Position numbers and translations under genes: made by a program
Source of the DNA: Eledone cirrhosa
Lineage: Eukaryota
DNA length: 64,000 nt
Direction of reading: 5' to 3'
Assembly: GCA_964016885.1 (NCBI GenBank)
Contig: OZ024743.1
Location: 146,258,001-146,322,000, forward strand
The notes under the pieces: model-generated
Database searches by the model: none
The model's input: the letters and a program-made list of their open reading frames with translations, nothing else
What the model was told of the DNA's origin: nothing
Part shown: positions 1-15,515 of the stretch, piece after piece
Layout of the letters: each line of letters begins with the position of its first letter
How positions within the stretch are numbered: position 1 is the first letter of the stretch

Positions 1-70
1 CCTTCCTAACACCAACCTCATTTACAGTGAGTGCTGGGTGCTTTTTTCCGTGGCGCCTACACGTCCACTT

Positions 71-72
<2 letters not shown>
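1..72 (-). mobile_element. Fragment of RTE LINE 3' UTR / RTE-tailed SINE
   Basis: ccttcctaacaccaacctcatttacagtgagtgctgggtgc...cctacacgtccacttt closely matches the 3' UTR of the RTE copy at 49767-49836. Confidence 0.75.
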
Positions 73-1445
<1,373 letters not shown>

Positions 1446-1817
1446 TATGGAACGGCGTATACAAATCATGGAGGGATAGATCCTACTAAAGTATTCTAAA
1501 ATAAGAACACTTCAGAAGCATCTTTTCCCAGGGGTAGCTTCTTATGTAACCAACCTAAATCTAGAATATTTCATTAAGTTCCCTTATTGCAATCTTTAAG
1601 ATCAAGAAACAGTACTGATCATCACAATAGCCTTCTAGCTTTAGGGTGCTTAATTAAAACTCTAGCCCTAGAGAAAGTTGCTTGTAAAGTGTTCTTATTT
1701 TAGATTACTTTACTAGGATTTTGTATAAGATATTCCGTATGTATTTGCTTCTCTGAATGATCTGTTTTCATTGAGATGTTATATATATACTGGTGACAAA
1801 TTTACTTATGTATGGTA

Positions 1818-1833
<16 letters not shown>

Positions 1834-1866
<33 letters not shown>

Positions 1867-3396
1867 AATATTGTACAGTGCTCAGGTGCACTACAACTCA
1901 TCAAAAAGTGTATGTATAGTACATAGGGTAATGTACAAACGTCAGGAAAATGAACAGTGCATGAGTCATGATACACACATGTGTGCATGTGTATGGAAAG
2001 GGTACATCAGGTGTAGTTTTGGCGTATTTCGGGAAGCATGAGTGTCTTAAAGGATGCAGTGTCTCGGCAGCTAACAACCGACGCAGGCAGTTTGTTCCAT
2101 GCTTCAGCAACTCTGAGCGTGAAAAAATGTTTACGAAAGTCATGGGAGCTGTGCTGTTTTCTGATTTTGTAGGCATGTCCACGTGTGTTAGACACATGGA
2201 GATCAAAATAGTGCTCAGGGTTGCAATTGGCGAGATGGTCAATAACTTTGTGGGTATTTACCAAGTCCATTGCCAGACGTCGGAGCTTCAATGAATCCAT
2301 GCCCAGGGAAGCAAGGCGTTCAGAGTATGGTAGGTGTTTGATGGGGGGTATGCGCTTGGTTGCACGTCTCTGAACAGTTTCCAGGAGGTCAATGTTCTGA
2401 GCAAGATAGGGGTTCCAGACTGATGATGCGAATTCCAAGTGTGGTCGTACCATAGCTGTATACAGTTTTAAATAGATGGCTGGAGAGCAGCTAACAAAGG
2501 TGTTGCTGAGTGATGCCAAGACACCCTCGGCCTTCTTGACAATCTTATAGACATGCTTTGTCCAACGCAAATCGCTGCTGACAGTAATGCCCAGGTCACG
2601 TTCACAAGAGGACTTCTTGATATCAGTGTTGTGGAGGGAGTATGTGGACGCTGGATTTTTCCTCCCAAAATGCATGGTGGTACACTTGTCCACAGCCTGC
2701 TTCAGTTGCCAGTCTATGATCCATTGCTGCATTGTGTCCAGGTTTGATTGTAGGAAAGAGTTGTAGATTTCAGGATCAGTCCTTTTGATTTCAAGGTACA
2801 GCTTGATGTCATCTGCATATTTCAGTACCGTGACATTCTGTAAGTTGGCATCTATGTCATTAATATATGCCACAAACAAAAGCGGACCAAGAACAGATCC
2901 CTGTGGTACACCAGATGACATCTCATATGGTGAAGAATGCTGTCCTAGAACCGTGACTACCTCTTTTCGGCTGAGAATGAAGGATTTCAACGAGTCGAAA
3001 AGATCATCCCTCACACCCATTGCAGAGAGTTTTGCCATAAGTCTTTTGTGTGGCACAGAATTAAAAGCCTTAGCAAAGTCAAGGTAAACAACATCCACCC
3101 ATGAGCCGCTGTCAGTGATCCGGGTGATGTCTTCAAGGAACTCGATAAGCTGATCACAGCAGCTGGAGTTAGGGATAAATCCAAACTGTGAGGGCCGGAT
3201 GAGGCTGTGAGAACTCCAGAAGTTCCAAAGTGTTTCGCTGACACAGGATTCCATCAGTTTGGCCATACAGCTAGTAAGACTGACTGGACGATAGTTGACA
3301 GGTGACATGCAGTTGCCCTTTTTGAACAGGGGAATGAACACTAGCAGTTTTCCACTGCTCCGGAGTAGCACCATTGTTGAGACAGTATTGAAAGAA

Positions 3397-3398
<2 letters not shown>
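1834..3398 (-). mobile_element. 5'-truncated CR1-clade LINE with (TTA)n tail
   Basis: RT ORF at 2007-3374, short 3' UTR, (TTA)n tail at 1834-1863, flanked by (TA)n on both sides. Confidence 0.9.
2007..3374 (-). pseudogene. CR1 ORF2 reverse transcriptase, C-terminal part
   Basis: Motifs NYRPVSLTS, QFGF, YLDFAKAF, SGVPQGSVLGPLLF, YADD, ERDLG, VRPHLEFASSVWNP, TRGH. Upstream residues (QYCLNNGATPEQWKTA) are in another frame, giving a frameshift near 3337. Confidence 0.92.
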
Positions 3399-3435
<37 letters not shown>

Positions 3436-3555
3436 GATAAGCAGAACAAGCAAAATTCAACCAATTTTTTAAAATAAATTAAAAAATATAATTTAAATAT
3501 TTACCTACCCATGGGTATATTAACTTCTTTTATATATATATATATATATATATAT

Positions 3556-3760
3556 TGTTATACTTTGGGAGGGTCATGTTGCCAATAAGAAACACACGCA
3601 CCAGTTGCTTTCACTTCAATTTATTATATATTTATAAATTTACAAATTTATAAATCTATAAATTTCTGGTTGGTTGGCTGGTTCCACAACCAGATAGTTG
3701 TTTATATATAGTCATAGTCCTTTCGTCACACACTCTGTGACCTCTTCAAATTCAGAAACG
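3556..3760 (-). repeat. Short (TA)n-embedded dispersed repeat (solo-LTR-like or MITE-like)
   Basis: Homologous to 7158-7322, 5050-5200 and 17235-17417; shared terminus atgaccctcccaaagtataaca. Confidence 0.6.
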
Positions 3761-4500
<740 letters not shown>

Positions 4501-4744
4501 AAGGTGACCAGGAATGAACAAAGGAATGAAGCAATTACCGTATATATAAACATGTTTTAGAAATGTAATGAAAAACTCTTTCGACTGTATTTCTGGGAGA
4601 ACATAATAAGCTGGGATGCTTAAATACATGCTAGGTGATGTATAGTAGATAGACTCTAAAGAGCCTAGACAGTATAATCTTAGTTGAGATATTCAATCAC
4701 TGTGAGGGTACATCAATTCAACAGTGAGTGCTATTACTCTACAT

Positions 4745-5299
4745 CAGTGGTTCCCAATGTGAGTTCCGCAAAAGGAATGTCTGGGTTTCTGTGAAAAAAG
4801 GTAGAGGAGCATATTTATATTACGACTATATAACAGTATTAGACTTTGGGGTTCCACCAATGGCCTTGTGGTAAAAGTAGAAACAATTAGTACGGGGCTT
4901 AATAAAATAAAGTACCAGTAATACACTGGGGTAATTGCTGATAGTCTATCAAAGTTCTTTCTTTGCAATACAATAACAGGAAACATAATAGTACCACTGA
5001 TGATGTTGCACATGTGCGACGAAAGAACTTTGATAGACTATATATATATATTTATATTTGTATTTTTAACCGTTGGTCAATCAATGATAAACATTGATTG
5101 CCAAATAAATTAACTATGGAGATATAAAAGATACAGAAGTGAAAACCAACCAAACAGTAAGTCTGTTCTGTTATTATTTCTGGCAATATTATTACAACAA
5201 TTTATATTACGATTATATAACAGTAATAGACTTTGGGGTTCCACCAATAGTTTCTGAACCAAAAAGGGGTCCTCGTTTGAAAACGTTAGGGAAACCTTG
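4745..5299. mobile_element. hAT-type MITE with nested insertions
   Basis: Termini CAGTGGTTCCC / GGGAAACCTTG; 8-bp TSD ctctacat at 4737-4744 and 5300-5307. Confidence 0.8.
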
Positions 5300-5499
5300 C
5301 TCTACATGGATAAAACAAACAGAATTGAATGGTCTTCAAACATTGAATATTTAACACTTGTTAAATGGGGTCTATATGGAGTGGAGGGGTCCATTTAGCA
5401 GTGGAAAAGACAGCTTCCCTTGTGGCAGCGTTACAATGAAACACATTCAACACCCCACTCCATGTAATGTAGTACGTAATCTGACAGAATTGTCTCACC

Positions 5500-5653
5500 T
5501 TTTTCTGTTCAAACTGGCTGTAACCGGCCACTCATACTGATGTTAAGGTATTGTTCTCAAAATAAATAATATCAAAATTTCATAGATTTGATATTGTGTG
5601 ATATACAATAAAAATATAGTAACTATAGAATAATGTAAATGCTAAAGGGTTAA
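5500..5653. mobile_element. piggyBac-like MITE end
   Basis: Ends in AAAGGG-TTAA; homologous to 63062-63250. Confidence 0.55.
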
Positions 5654-6064
5654 GTAAAGGGGTTTCTCTGTTTCTGTTGAGTACTTGACAACCTCTCTAG
5701 TGTTGGTGCTACAATAAAATACACCTAGTAAACTCCGTAAGGTGACTAGTAGTAGAACACAGATAATATAGGGTGGCGTGGAGTATCCAGTCTGGCCGGG
5801 CATATAATTACCTCTCTATTGCTGGTGCCAGTACTTCGATGAAATGCATTAATTATATATATATATACAGATAAATCTACCACTCAATGGTAGGGTCTAA
5901 ACCGTATAAAGAACTCAATGTAATCCGTATGTAGAAGATGTCGTGAAGCAAAGTTTAAAATACAAACATTTTATCAACGATATAATTCAATTGGATACAG
6001 AGTCAAAATAGAAATGTTAAAACAATGAAATTAAACACAAAACTGTTAATTCATAGTAAAACTC

Positions 6065-6200
6065 ATTATTTTACGATCGTTTCTGGGGGGTAGTTCCCTG
6101 TATGTTCATTCAATTATTGATCTATGTAAAACATATTACAAAATATCATAGTAAGAAAAAGATACATACGTCTTCACTACCTGCCGTCTTCAGAAATAAT
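6065..6200 (-). ncRNA. Type-I hammerhead ribozyme motif with ~100-nt stem II
   Basis: Minus strand reads ATTATTT-CTGAAGA-[..GGTAGT..GTATGT...ACATAC..ACTACC..]-GAAA-CGATCG-TA^AAATAAT: 7-bp stem I and palindromic stem III. Confidence 0.7.
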
Positions 6201-6234
6201 CATTATATATATATATATATAATCAGAAATAATC

Positions 6235-6279
<45 letters not shown>

Positions 6280-6283
6280 ATCT

Positions 6284-6332
6284 GATTCCTGATGATTTCT
6301 AAAGAATGAAACAGTTCTAGTCCTGTAGAATC
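6284..6332 (+). ncRNA. Type-I hammerhead ribozyme motif
   Basis: GATTC-CTGATGA-T-TTC(TAAA)GAA-T-GAA-ACAG(TTCTAGTC)CTGT-A^GAATC. Confidence 0.8.
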
Positions 6333-6343
6333 TCATCTACATT

Positions 6344-6385
<42 letters not shown>

Positions 6386-6458
6386 GAAGGAGGTGGGGTA
6401 AGGAACCAGATGGACTATAATGCACCAGAGTACTCAATACTTAGGGTAGTAGAGTGGG

Positions 6459-6517
<59 letters not shown>

Positions 6518-7115
6518 TATGTGTGTGTGTTTTACATGCACATGTATAAATATATGTAAATTTACTTTATTATTATTTCATGTTTATGCATGTGTGCATA
6601 CAGATTGCTTCTTACATTCTCAAACAGACACATGCACACACATTTATGAGGGGGGGGGGAGAGAAAGATTGAGGAAATGTGAGGGAGAGTGATAGACAGA
6701 TAGAAACAAGATTGCTGGGAGAGTATGTGACGAACTGTCACTGAAAATATAAATTATGAAGTTGCATGCATCTGTTTCAGAATTCAAATTTGACAGATTT
6801 TGTTTTTAGACCCTAACACTGAATTTAATAGTTTTGTAATAATAAATAAATGTGAAAAATCTTCATTTTTGGAAAAATTGCAATTGTTGTATAAGCATAA
6901 GATTTGTAAATTTGCCTTTAAAAGTTCGATTCATCTTCTGAAAGCTAAATCTACATTTGAATATACATTTTTACTTTTCGTGGAGTATTTCAATTTTAAT
7001 TAAAAAAAGTTAAATTTTATCTATGAATATGTTTATTTATATGAACGTGTATATTTGTGATTGGTATTTTAGAATCGATTATAACTGACCACCTGCTTAG
7101 TGTCAGGGTTATAAA

Positions 7116-7157
<42 letters not shown>

Positions 7158-7161
<4 letters not shown>

Positions 7162-7320
7162 ATACTTTGGGAGGGTCATGTTTCCAATAATAAACACACG
7201 CACCAGTTGCTTTCACTTCAATTTATTATAAATTAAATTTATAAATTTATGGTTGATTTCAACAATATCGGTTTCAACACACGTTTTCATATAAAGAATC
7301 TTGCTAAACAAATTCAGAAA

Positions 7321-7322
<2 letters not shown>
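7158..7322 (-). repeat. Second copy of the 3556 repeat family
   Basis: Shares tgttatactttgggagggtcatg ... aaattcagaaacg with 3556-3760; lies within (TA)n. Confidence 0.6.
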
Positions 7323-7388
<66 letters not shown>

Positions 7389-7428
7389 CAAGGACGATTT
7401 GTCAAGCCCCTCATCATGTTTATTAATT

Positions 7429-7513
7429 GGTGACGCGCGTTTCGCTATTGATCAGCTCAAGGTTCGATCTGTATCGATCTGGCCCAACTCTGGAATCAAA
7501 AGCTCGTCGGACC
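7429..7513 (-). ncRNA. Hammerhead-like motif with variant core CCGACGA and extended stem II
   Basis: GGT-CCGACGA-GCTTTTGATT...GATCAATAGC-GAAA-CGCGCG-TC^ACC. Confidence 0.6.
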
Positions 7514-7529
7514 TCTGCTCTTGTAATTA

Positions 7530-7609
<80 letters not shown>

Positions 7610-7742
7610 CTTTTTGCAACATTCATCCTTCTAGTTTTAAGGTCTTACAGATTTTGACTGTCCTAAATAATGCTCTTTCTTGAAGAACTGCAGGTCAGTC
7701 ATACTTTGATCCAGGTGGGTTGGTACATATCCTATTAATGCA

Positions 7743-7960
7743 ATAATAATTGTTTCTACTTTAGGCACAAAGCCAGCAATTTGAATGGGGGGGAAAAATC
7801 ATCGACCCCAGTGCATTACTGGTGCTTTATTTATCGACCATGTAAGGAAGAAAGGCAAAGCTAACCACGGCGGGATTTGAACTCAGAGCGTAAAGGGCCG
7901 TAACTCTATATCGTGAAGCATGGTGTCCGACGCTCTACCGATACTGCCAATCCACCACCC
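7743..7960 (-). mobile_element. tRNA-derived SINE, family A
   Basis: A box TGGCAGTATCGG, B box GAGTTCAAATCC, body ctttgcctttc..ggtcgataaa, (TTA)n tail. Confidence 0.85.
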
Positions 7961-8409
7961 TAATGTTAATCCAATAATAACAGATATGAAACTGTTTCTT
8001 GAATCTTGAATGTCTTCTTTCACCTGGTCTTGTCTTTTTTTTTTTATACCACATTGATGTCAAGTGGTCAGCTGATATCCCCAACAGAGCATATTTATAT
8101 TTTGTATAAATCTTTCATCAGTCACCATATATCTTTACTTATCTATGTGCATGTTTATGTGAATTTGAACGATGCATACACTTACACATAGATAAGTAAA
8201 GATACACAAAGGCTGGTGTACAAATACACCCCATATGCAGATAAAGATAAACATACACTCACACCATAAAAACGATGGGGATAAAACAAGATGTAAAGAC
8301 ACACATAGATGTAATCGTACACAGGCACACATATACACATGTATAGTCATGTCTAACACAGAAACATGTAGGAGTAGAAGTTTACAAAGACATACACACA
8401 TCGGCACAC

Positions 8410-8632
<223 letters not shown>

Positions 8633-8780
8633 CGGAAAAGAAAGATGGAGTAAATGAAATAAAATCAAACTGAAGAGTTGACATAGAGGAGTAAGAATAG
8701 TCATTGAGAAGGTTACAGAATGTGTGATGAAAGAGCTTTCAAGATTAAATAACCAGCTGGAAAGGATTGGTTACTTGACT

Positions 8781-9395
8781 AATAATTGTTTCTACTTTTG
8801 GCACAAGGCCAGCAATTATTCCAGTGTATTACTGGTACTTTATTTTATCGACCCCGTAAGGATGAAAGGCAAAGTTAACCTTGGCGGGATTTGAACTCAG
8901 ACCATAACTCTTTGCTGCAAAGCATGGCGTCTGACCCTCTACCATACTGCCAAATATTACCGGACTAATAATTGTTTCTACTATTGGCACAAGGCCAGCA
9001 ATTACCCAGTGTATTACTGGTACTTTATTTTATTGACCCCGTACGGATGAAAGGCAAAGCTAACCTCGGTGGGATCTGAACTTAGAATATAAAAGGCCAC
9101 AACTCTTTCCGATGCTCTACTGATCAGTAGAGCATCTTTCCGATGCTCTACTGATTCTGCCAATCAGCTGCCTTAGCTGACTAATAATTGTTTCTAATTT
9201 AGGCAAAAAGCCAACAATTTGGAGGGGAGGGGAAATTCGATTAAATCGACCCCAGTGCTTACTGGTACTTTATTATACCGACCCCGTAAGGATGAAAGGC
9301 AAAGCTAACCTCGGTGGGATTCGAACTCATAACATAAAGGGCCGTAACTCTATGCAGTAAAGCATGGTGTCCGACGCTCTACCGACACTGCCAAT
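8781..9395 (-). mobile_element. Tandem trimer of family A SINEs
   Basis: Three head-to-tail units, each starting on + with aataattgtttcta (about 8781, 8968, 9184). Confidence 0.85.
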
Positions 9396-9577
9396 AACTA
9401 AACTCAACTGGTGCTGTGTGTGTAACTAAGGCCGCCAATTGCCTTACCTTGAAAGTAAAAACATCTAGAACAAACCAAAGCTATCCACGAACTCCATACG
9501 TCAAGGTAACGTAATCCATAAACCTACATTCCACCCCACTCACTAGAACAATATTGATCAAGGAAGAGTAAAGATTG

Positions 9578-12500
9578 CACACCCTTCAAAACCATATCCC
9601 AACAAAACAACCACACACCCTTCAAAACCACATCCCAGTAAAACAACCACACACCCTTCAAAACCATATCCCAACAAAACAACCACACACCCTTCAAAAC
9701 CATATCCCAACAAAACAACCACACACCCTTCAAAACCACATCCCAGTAAAACAACCACACACCCTTGAAAACCATATCCCAACAAAACAACCACACGCCC
9801 TTCAACACCACATCCCAGTAAAACAACCACACACCCTTTGAAAACCACATCCCAGTAAAACAACCATACACCCTTCAAAACCACATCCCAGTAAAACAAC
9901 CACACACCCTTTCAAAACCACATCCCAGTAAAACAACCACACACCCATCAAAACCATATCCCAACAAAACAACCACACACCCTTCAAAACCACATCCCAG
10001 TAAAACAACCACACACCCTTCAAAACCATATCCCAACAAAACAACCACACACCCTTCAAAACCATATCCCAACAAAACAACCACACACCCTTCAAAACCA
10101 CATCCCAGTAAAACAACCACACACCCTTGAAAACCATATCCCAACAAAACAACCACACACCCTTCAACACCACATCCCAGTAAAACAACCACACACCCTT
10201 TGAAAACCACATCCCAGTAAAACAACCATACACCCTTCAAAACCACATCCCAGTAAAACAACCACACACCCTTTCAAAACCACATCCCAGTAAAACAACC
10301 ACACACCCATCAAAACCATATCCCAACAAAACAACCACACACCCTTCAAAACCACATCCCAGTAAAACAACCCCACACCCTTTCAAAACCATATCCCAGT
10401 AAAACAACCACACACCCTTTAAAACCACATCCCAACAAAACAACCACACACCCTTTCAAAACCACATCCCAGTAAAACAACCCCACACCCTTTCAAAACC
10501 ACATCCCAGTAAAACAACCACACACCCTTGAAAACCATATCCCAACAAAACAACCACACGCCCTTCAACACCACATCCCAGTAAAACAACCACACACCCT
10601 TTGAAAACCACATCCCAGTAAAACAACCACACACCCTTTAAAACCACATCCCAACAAAACAACCACACACCCTTTCAAAACCACATCCCAGTAAAACAAC
10701 CACACACCCTTTAAAACCATATCCCAACAAAACAACCACACACCCTTCAAAACCACATCCCAGTAAAACAACCACACACCCTTTCAAAACCACATCCCAG
10801 TAAAACAACCACACACCCTTCAAAACCACATCCCAGTAAAACAACCACACACCCTTCAAAACCATATCCCAGTAAAACAACCACACACCCTTCAAAACCA
10901 CATCCCAGTAAAACAACCACACACCCTTTCAAAACCACATCCCAGTAAAGCAACCACACACCCTTTCAAAACCACATCCCAGTAAAACAACCACACACCC
11001 TTTAAAACCACATCCCAGTAAAACAACCACACACCCTTCAAAACCATATCCCAGTAAAACAACCACACACCCTTCAAAACCATATCCCAGTAAAACAACC
11101 ACACACCCTTCAAAACCATATCCCAGTAAAACAACCACACACCCTTCAAAACCATATCCCAGTAAAACAACCACACACCCTTCAAAACCATATCCCAGTA
11201 AAACAACCACACACCCTTTCAAAACCACATCCCAGTAAAACAACCACACACCCTTTCAAAACCACATCCCAGTAAAACAACCACACACCCTTCAAAACCA
11301 CATCCCAGTAAAACAACCACACACCCTTCAAAACCATATCCCAACAAAACAATCACACACCCTTCAAAACCATATCCCAGTAAAACAACCACACACCCTT
11401 CAAAACCATATCCCAACAAAACAACCACACACCCTTTGAAACCATATCCCAGTAAAACAACCACACACCCTTTCAAAACCACATCCCAACAAAACAATCA
11501 CACACCCTTCAAAACCACATCCCAGTAAAACAACCACACACCCTTCAAAACCATATCCCAACAAAACAATCACACACCCTTCAAAACCATATCCCAGTAA
11601 AACAACCACACACCCTTCAAAACCATATCCCAACAAAACAACCACACACCCTTTCAAAACCACATCCCAGTAAAGCAACCACACACCCTTTCAAAACCAC
11701 ATCCCAGTAAAACAACCACACACCCTTCAAAACCACATCCCAACAAAAGAATCACACACCTTTCAAAACCACATCCCAGTAAAACAACCACACACCCTTT
11801 CAAAACCATATCCCAACAAAACAACCACACACCCTTCAAAACCATATCCCAACAAAACAACCACACACCCTTCAAAACCATATCCCAGTAAAACAACCAC
11901 ACACCCTTTCAAAACCACATCCCAGTAAAACAACCACACACCCTTCAAAACCACATCCCAGTAAAACAACCACACACCCTTCAAAACCACATCCCAGTAA
12001 AACAACCACACACCCTTTCAAAACCATATCCCAACAAAACAACCACACACCCTTCAAAACCACATCCCAGTAAAACAACCACACACCCTTTCAAAACCAC
12101 ATCCCAGTAAAACAACCACACACCCTTCAAAACCACATCCCAGTAAAACAACCACACACCCTTCAAAACCATATCCCAGTAAAACAACCGCACACCCTTT
12201 CAAAACCACATCCCAGTAAAACAACCACACACCCTTCAAAACCACATCCCAACAAAAGAATCACACACCCTTCAAAACCACATCCCAGTAAAACAACCAC
12301 ACACCCTTTGAAAACCATATCCCAGTAAAACAACCACACACCCTTCAAAACCACATCCCAGTAAAACAACCACACACCCTTTCAAAACCACATCCCAGTA
12401 AAACAACCACACACCCTTCAAAACCATATCCCAACAAAACAACCACACACCCTTCAAAATCATATCCCAGTAAAACAACCACACACCCTTCAAAACCACA

Positions 12501-13091
12501 TCCCAGTAAAACAACCACACACCCTTGAAAACCATATCCCAACAAAACAACCACACACCCTTCAAAACCACATCCCAGTAAAACAACCACACACCCTTTC
12601 AAAACCACATCCCAGTAAAACAACCACACACCCTTTGAAAACCATATCCCAGTAAAACAACCACACACCCTTCAAAACCACATCCCAGTAAAACAACCAC
12701 ACACCCTTTGAAAACCATATCCCAGTAAAACAACCACACACCCTTCAAAACCACATCCCAGTAAAACAACCACACACCCTTTCAAAACCATATCCCAGTA
12801 AAACAACCACACACCCTTCAAAACCACATCCCAGTAAAACAACCACACACCCTTTCAAAACCACATCCCAGTAAAACAACCACACACCCTTTCAAAACCA
12901 TATCCCAGTAAAACAACCACACACCCTTCAAAACCACATCCCAGTAAAACAACCACACACCCTTCAAAACCATATCCCAGTAAAACAACCACACACCCTT
13001 CAAAACCACATCCCAACAAAACAACCACACGCCCTTCAAAACCATATCCCAGTAAAACAACCACACACCCTTTCAAAACCATATCCCAACA
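9578..13091. repeat. 36/37-bp minisatellite, about 97 units
   Basis: Unit CACACCCTT(T)CAAAACCA(C/T)ATCCCA(GT/AC)AAAACAACCA, contiguous with no spacers. Confidence 0.97.
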
Positions 13092-13534
13092 CTCACAACA
13101 AAGCAACCCCCAGCCTGCACCAGTTAGTCGTATGGAGATGATAGACATCTTCAGGCTACAGCTGTCGTATTATGTAGTTTCTCTAATAACTTGTAGTGAC
13201 AATGATTCCATTACGTATTTCGCCATGCACCCTAACATCATCATCACTATTATCTATTTTCCATGCTTGTATGGGTTAGATGGGTTCTCATGTTTTGAGG
13301 CTAGACTGCTCAGGTGACCACGTCTTGCTTGTATGCTCTGTGTTTTGGCTTACTTTCTATGGCTGGATGCCTTCCTAACACCAGCTACTTTAAAGTTTGT
13401 ACTGGGAATATTTGATTGTAACTCTGGCACTGTAACCTTATAACGTGAACTGGGTATATTTTGTCATGGCACCAGCAGTACCACCTTACAGAACGAACAG
13501 GGTGCTTTTTATCGTGGCACCAGCACTATATATA

Positions 13535-13611
13535 CAGGGTGTCCCCAAAAATGTATACTCATATTTATTAGAATGTTGTTGAAGTATGTATACATTTTTT
13601 GGGACACCCTG
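13535..13611. mobile_element. 77-bp Tc1/mariner MITE
   Basis: TIRs CAGGGTGTCCCCAAAAATGTATAC / GTATACATTTTTTGGGACACCCTG with TA on both sides. Confidence 0.85.
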
Positions 13612-13969
13612 TATGTGTGAATATGTACCTACATATACTAGTATATCATGTAAATGTAATAAGGTAGTTGATCAGCTCATAAGGAGTCTAGTTGGCACGT
13701 ATACACATGCTGCATACATACATGCATTCACATTAATCAACATAAGAGCCATTATACCTATACACATACTCAGATATGCATGTACACATTTACACAATAT
13801 ATGAACAATTATATATGCTCACAACCGCACACACATACACGCTCATATATATTAATTTCCTCTATCATACACATAACAATGATACTGGTGATTGTTGTTA
13901 CTGTTATTGTTTAGTCTCAGCTTAGACCTATGATCAAAGGCTTTGATTTTTCTACCTTTTTGTTCATTA

Positions 13970-14205
13970 GCCTTATTTCCTAGTCCCCCTTTCTGGCTTC
14001 CATTTGAGGGAGGCCCTCGCTGGTCTCTTCGTGGATATGAGTAGAACATGGCCAAGCATCTTCCAATGTCGTATAGTGAGGTCTGTGGTGGAAGACTTGG
14101 GAAACATGAGCTTGGCCTGGAAGCAGGCCTGTGACAAGGTTTACAACTGTGCAGAATAGAGATCTCTAGTCACCCAATGCCCCATAGAGAGCAAAAGGAA
14201 CTAAA
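13970..14205. mobile_element. Old RTE-type LINE 3' fragment with inverted 5' half
   Basis: Minus strand encodes RHWKMLGHVLL..RPARASLKWKPERG; plus strand continues VRSVVEDLGNMSLAWKQA..RSLVTQCP. Confidence 0.6.
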
Positions 14206-14388
14206 GAAAATATTGTCCTTCTCCTTTTTATGACAGCAATATATATAGTTAAGTCGCAGAGTCAATAGAATACGGGATAAAATGCCTTGTGGCATTTGTT
14301 CTGATTTTCTATGCACTGAGTTTAAATCTCACGGATATTAACTTTGCTTTTCATCCTCCAGTTCATCAGTTTATAAAGAACATACCAG

Positions 14389-14552
14389 CAGTGCCGGATT
14401 GAGGACAAATGAGTCTCTGTGCTTGTTAAGTTATGAGGACCCTTACTTGAAGGGGCCTCATAACTTTTTTTGGCAGGAAGATGCCACCCCGCTCCTGGCC
14501 AACGGGGCCCTGTGCTTAAGCACACCTAAGCACAATGGTAAATCCGGCACTC
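14389..14552. mobile_element. hAT-type MITE inserted in a degenerate SINE
   Basis: TIR CAGTGCCGGATT / AATCCGGCACT(C); 8-bp TSD cataccag at 14381 and 14553. Confidence 0.85.
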
Positions 14553-14991
14553 CATACCAGTCAAGTACAGTAGTCGGTTCTAGTCCCCCTCGCCCTCTCT
14601 CATGGAATCAGTTATGTTGCGCTGTAAGAAAGTGACAACATGAGGGACAACTCATAGCTTCCCATTCTACAGAAATAGATACAGCTTGAGCGAAGGACAA
14701 GCGACACATGGCAGAAAAAACTGAGATGCTACATAAAGCGCCTTACACAGAATGATAGTAAAGAAATATGGTACAATTTGAGAGTGATTTGGCTGTTATT
14801 TTTAAATGATCAATCAAGTGCATAGACCTTCTCAGGTTGTGATGAACAGTATGAAAATACATATAATTAGATACACAAACACCCACAATTATATAGGGGC
14901 AGTGGAAGTATTTCTGAATTGGGAGGGACAAATTTGGTCAATTTCGTTGTAGTGATTAGTTTAGCTGTTATCAAATAATGGGGCAGACTGA

Positions 14992-15515
14992 CAGTATCAG
15001 TATAGAGTCGTACGCCATGCTTTGCAGCATAGAGTTACGGTCCTTTACGGTTTGAATTCAAATTCCGCCGGTGTTAACTTTGCCTTTCATCCTTACGGGG
15101 TCGATAAAATAAAGTACCAGTAATGCACTGGGATAATTGCTGGCCTTGTGCCAAAAGTAGAAACAATTATCAAATATTAACCAAGATATAAAAAACCTCG
15201 ATATGCGATAAACATAACATAAATTGTAGCACATATACAAATAGATGTGTTTTGGTAGTTTGGGGAGAAAAATATAATTATTGGAAGGACCATGCCCCCA
15301 CCCTCCAGTTCCACCTCCCCTGTTGTAACAGTATTATTGGCAGTATCGGTAGAGGGCCGCACGCCATGCTTTGACGCATAGAGTTATAGTCCTGCCATTC
15401 TGAGTTCAAATCCCGCCGAGGTTAACTTTGCCTTTTATCCTTATGGGGTCGATAAAATAAAGTACCAGTAATACACTGGTTAATTGCTGGCCTTGTGCCC
15501 AAAATAGAAACAATT
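14992..15515 (+). mobile_element. Two family A SINEs (14992-15170, 15339-15515)
   Basis: B-box-like g(a/g)ttcaaat(t/c)c, conserved body and gaaacaattat tail. Confidence 0.8.

Noticed and set aside
9448-9523. Possible minus-strand exon ending AAG|GTAAGG
   Set aside because: Poor acceptor and unrecognisable peptide.
9524-13148. CRISPR array or repetitive protein in the 36-bp repeat
   Set aside because: No unique spacers, no cas genes, eukaryotic context; 37-bp units break the reading frame repeatedly.
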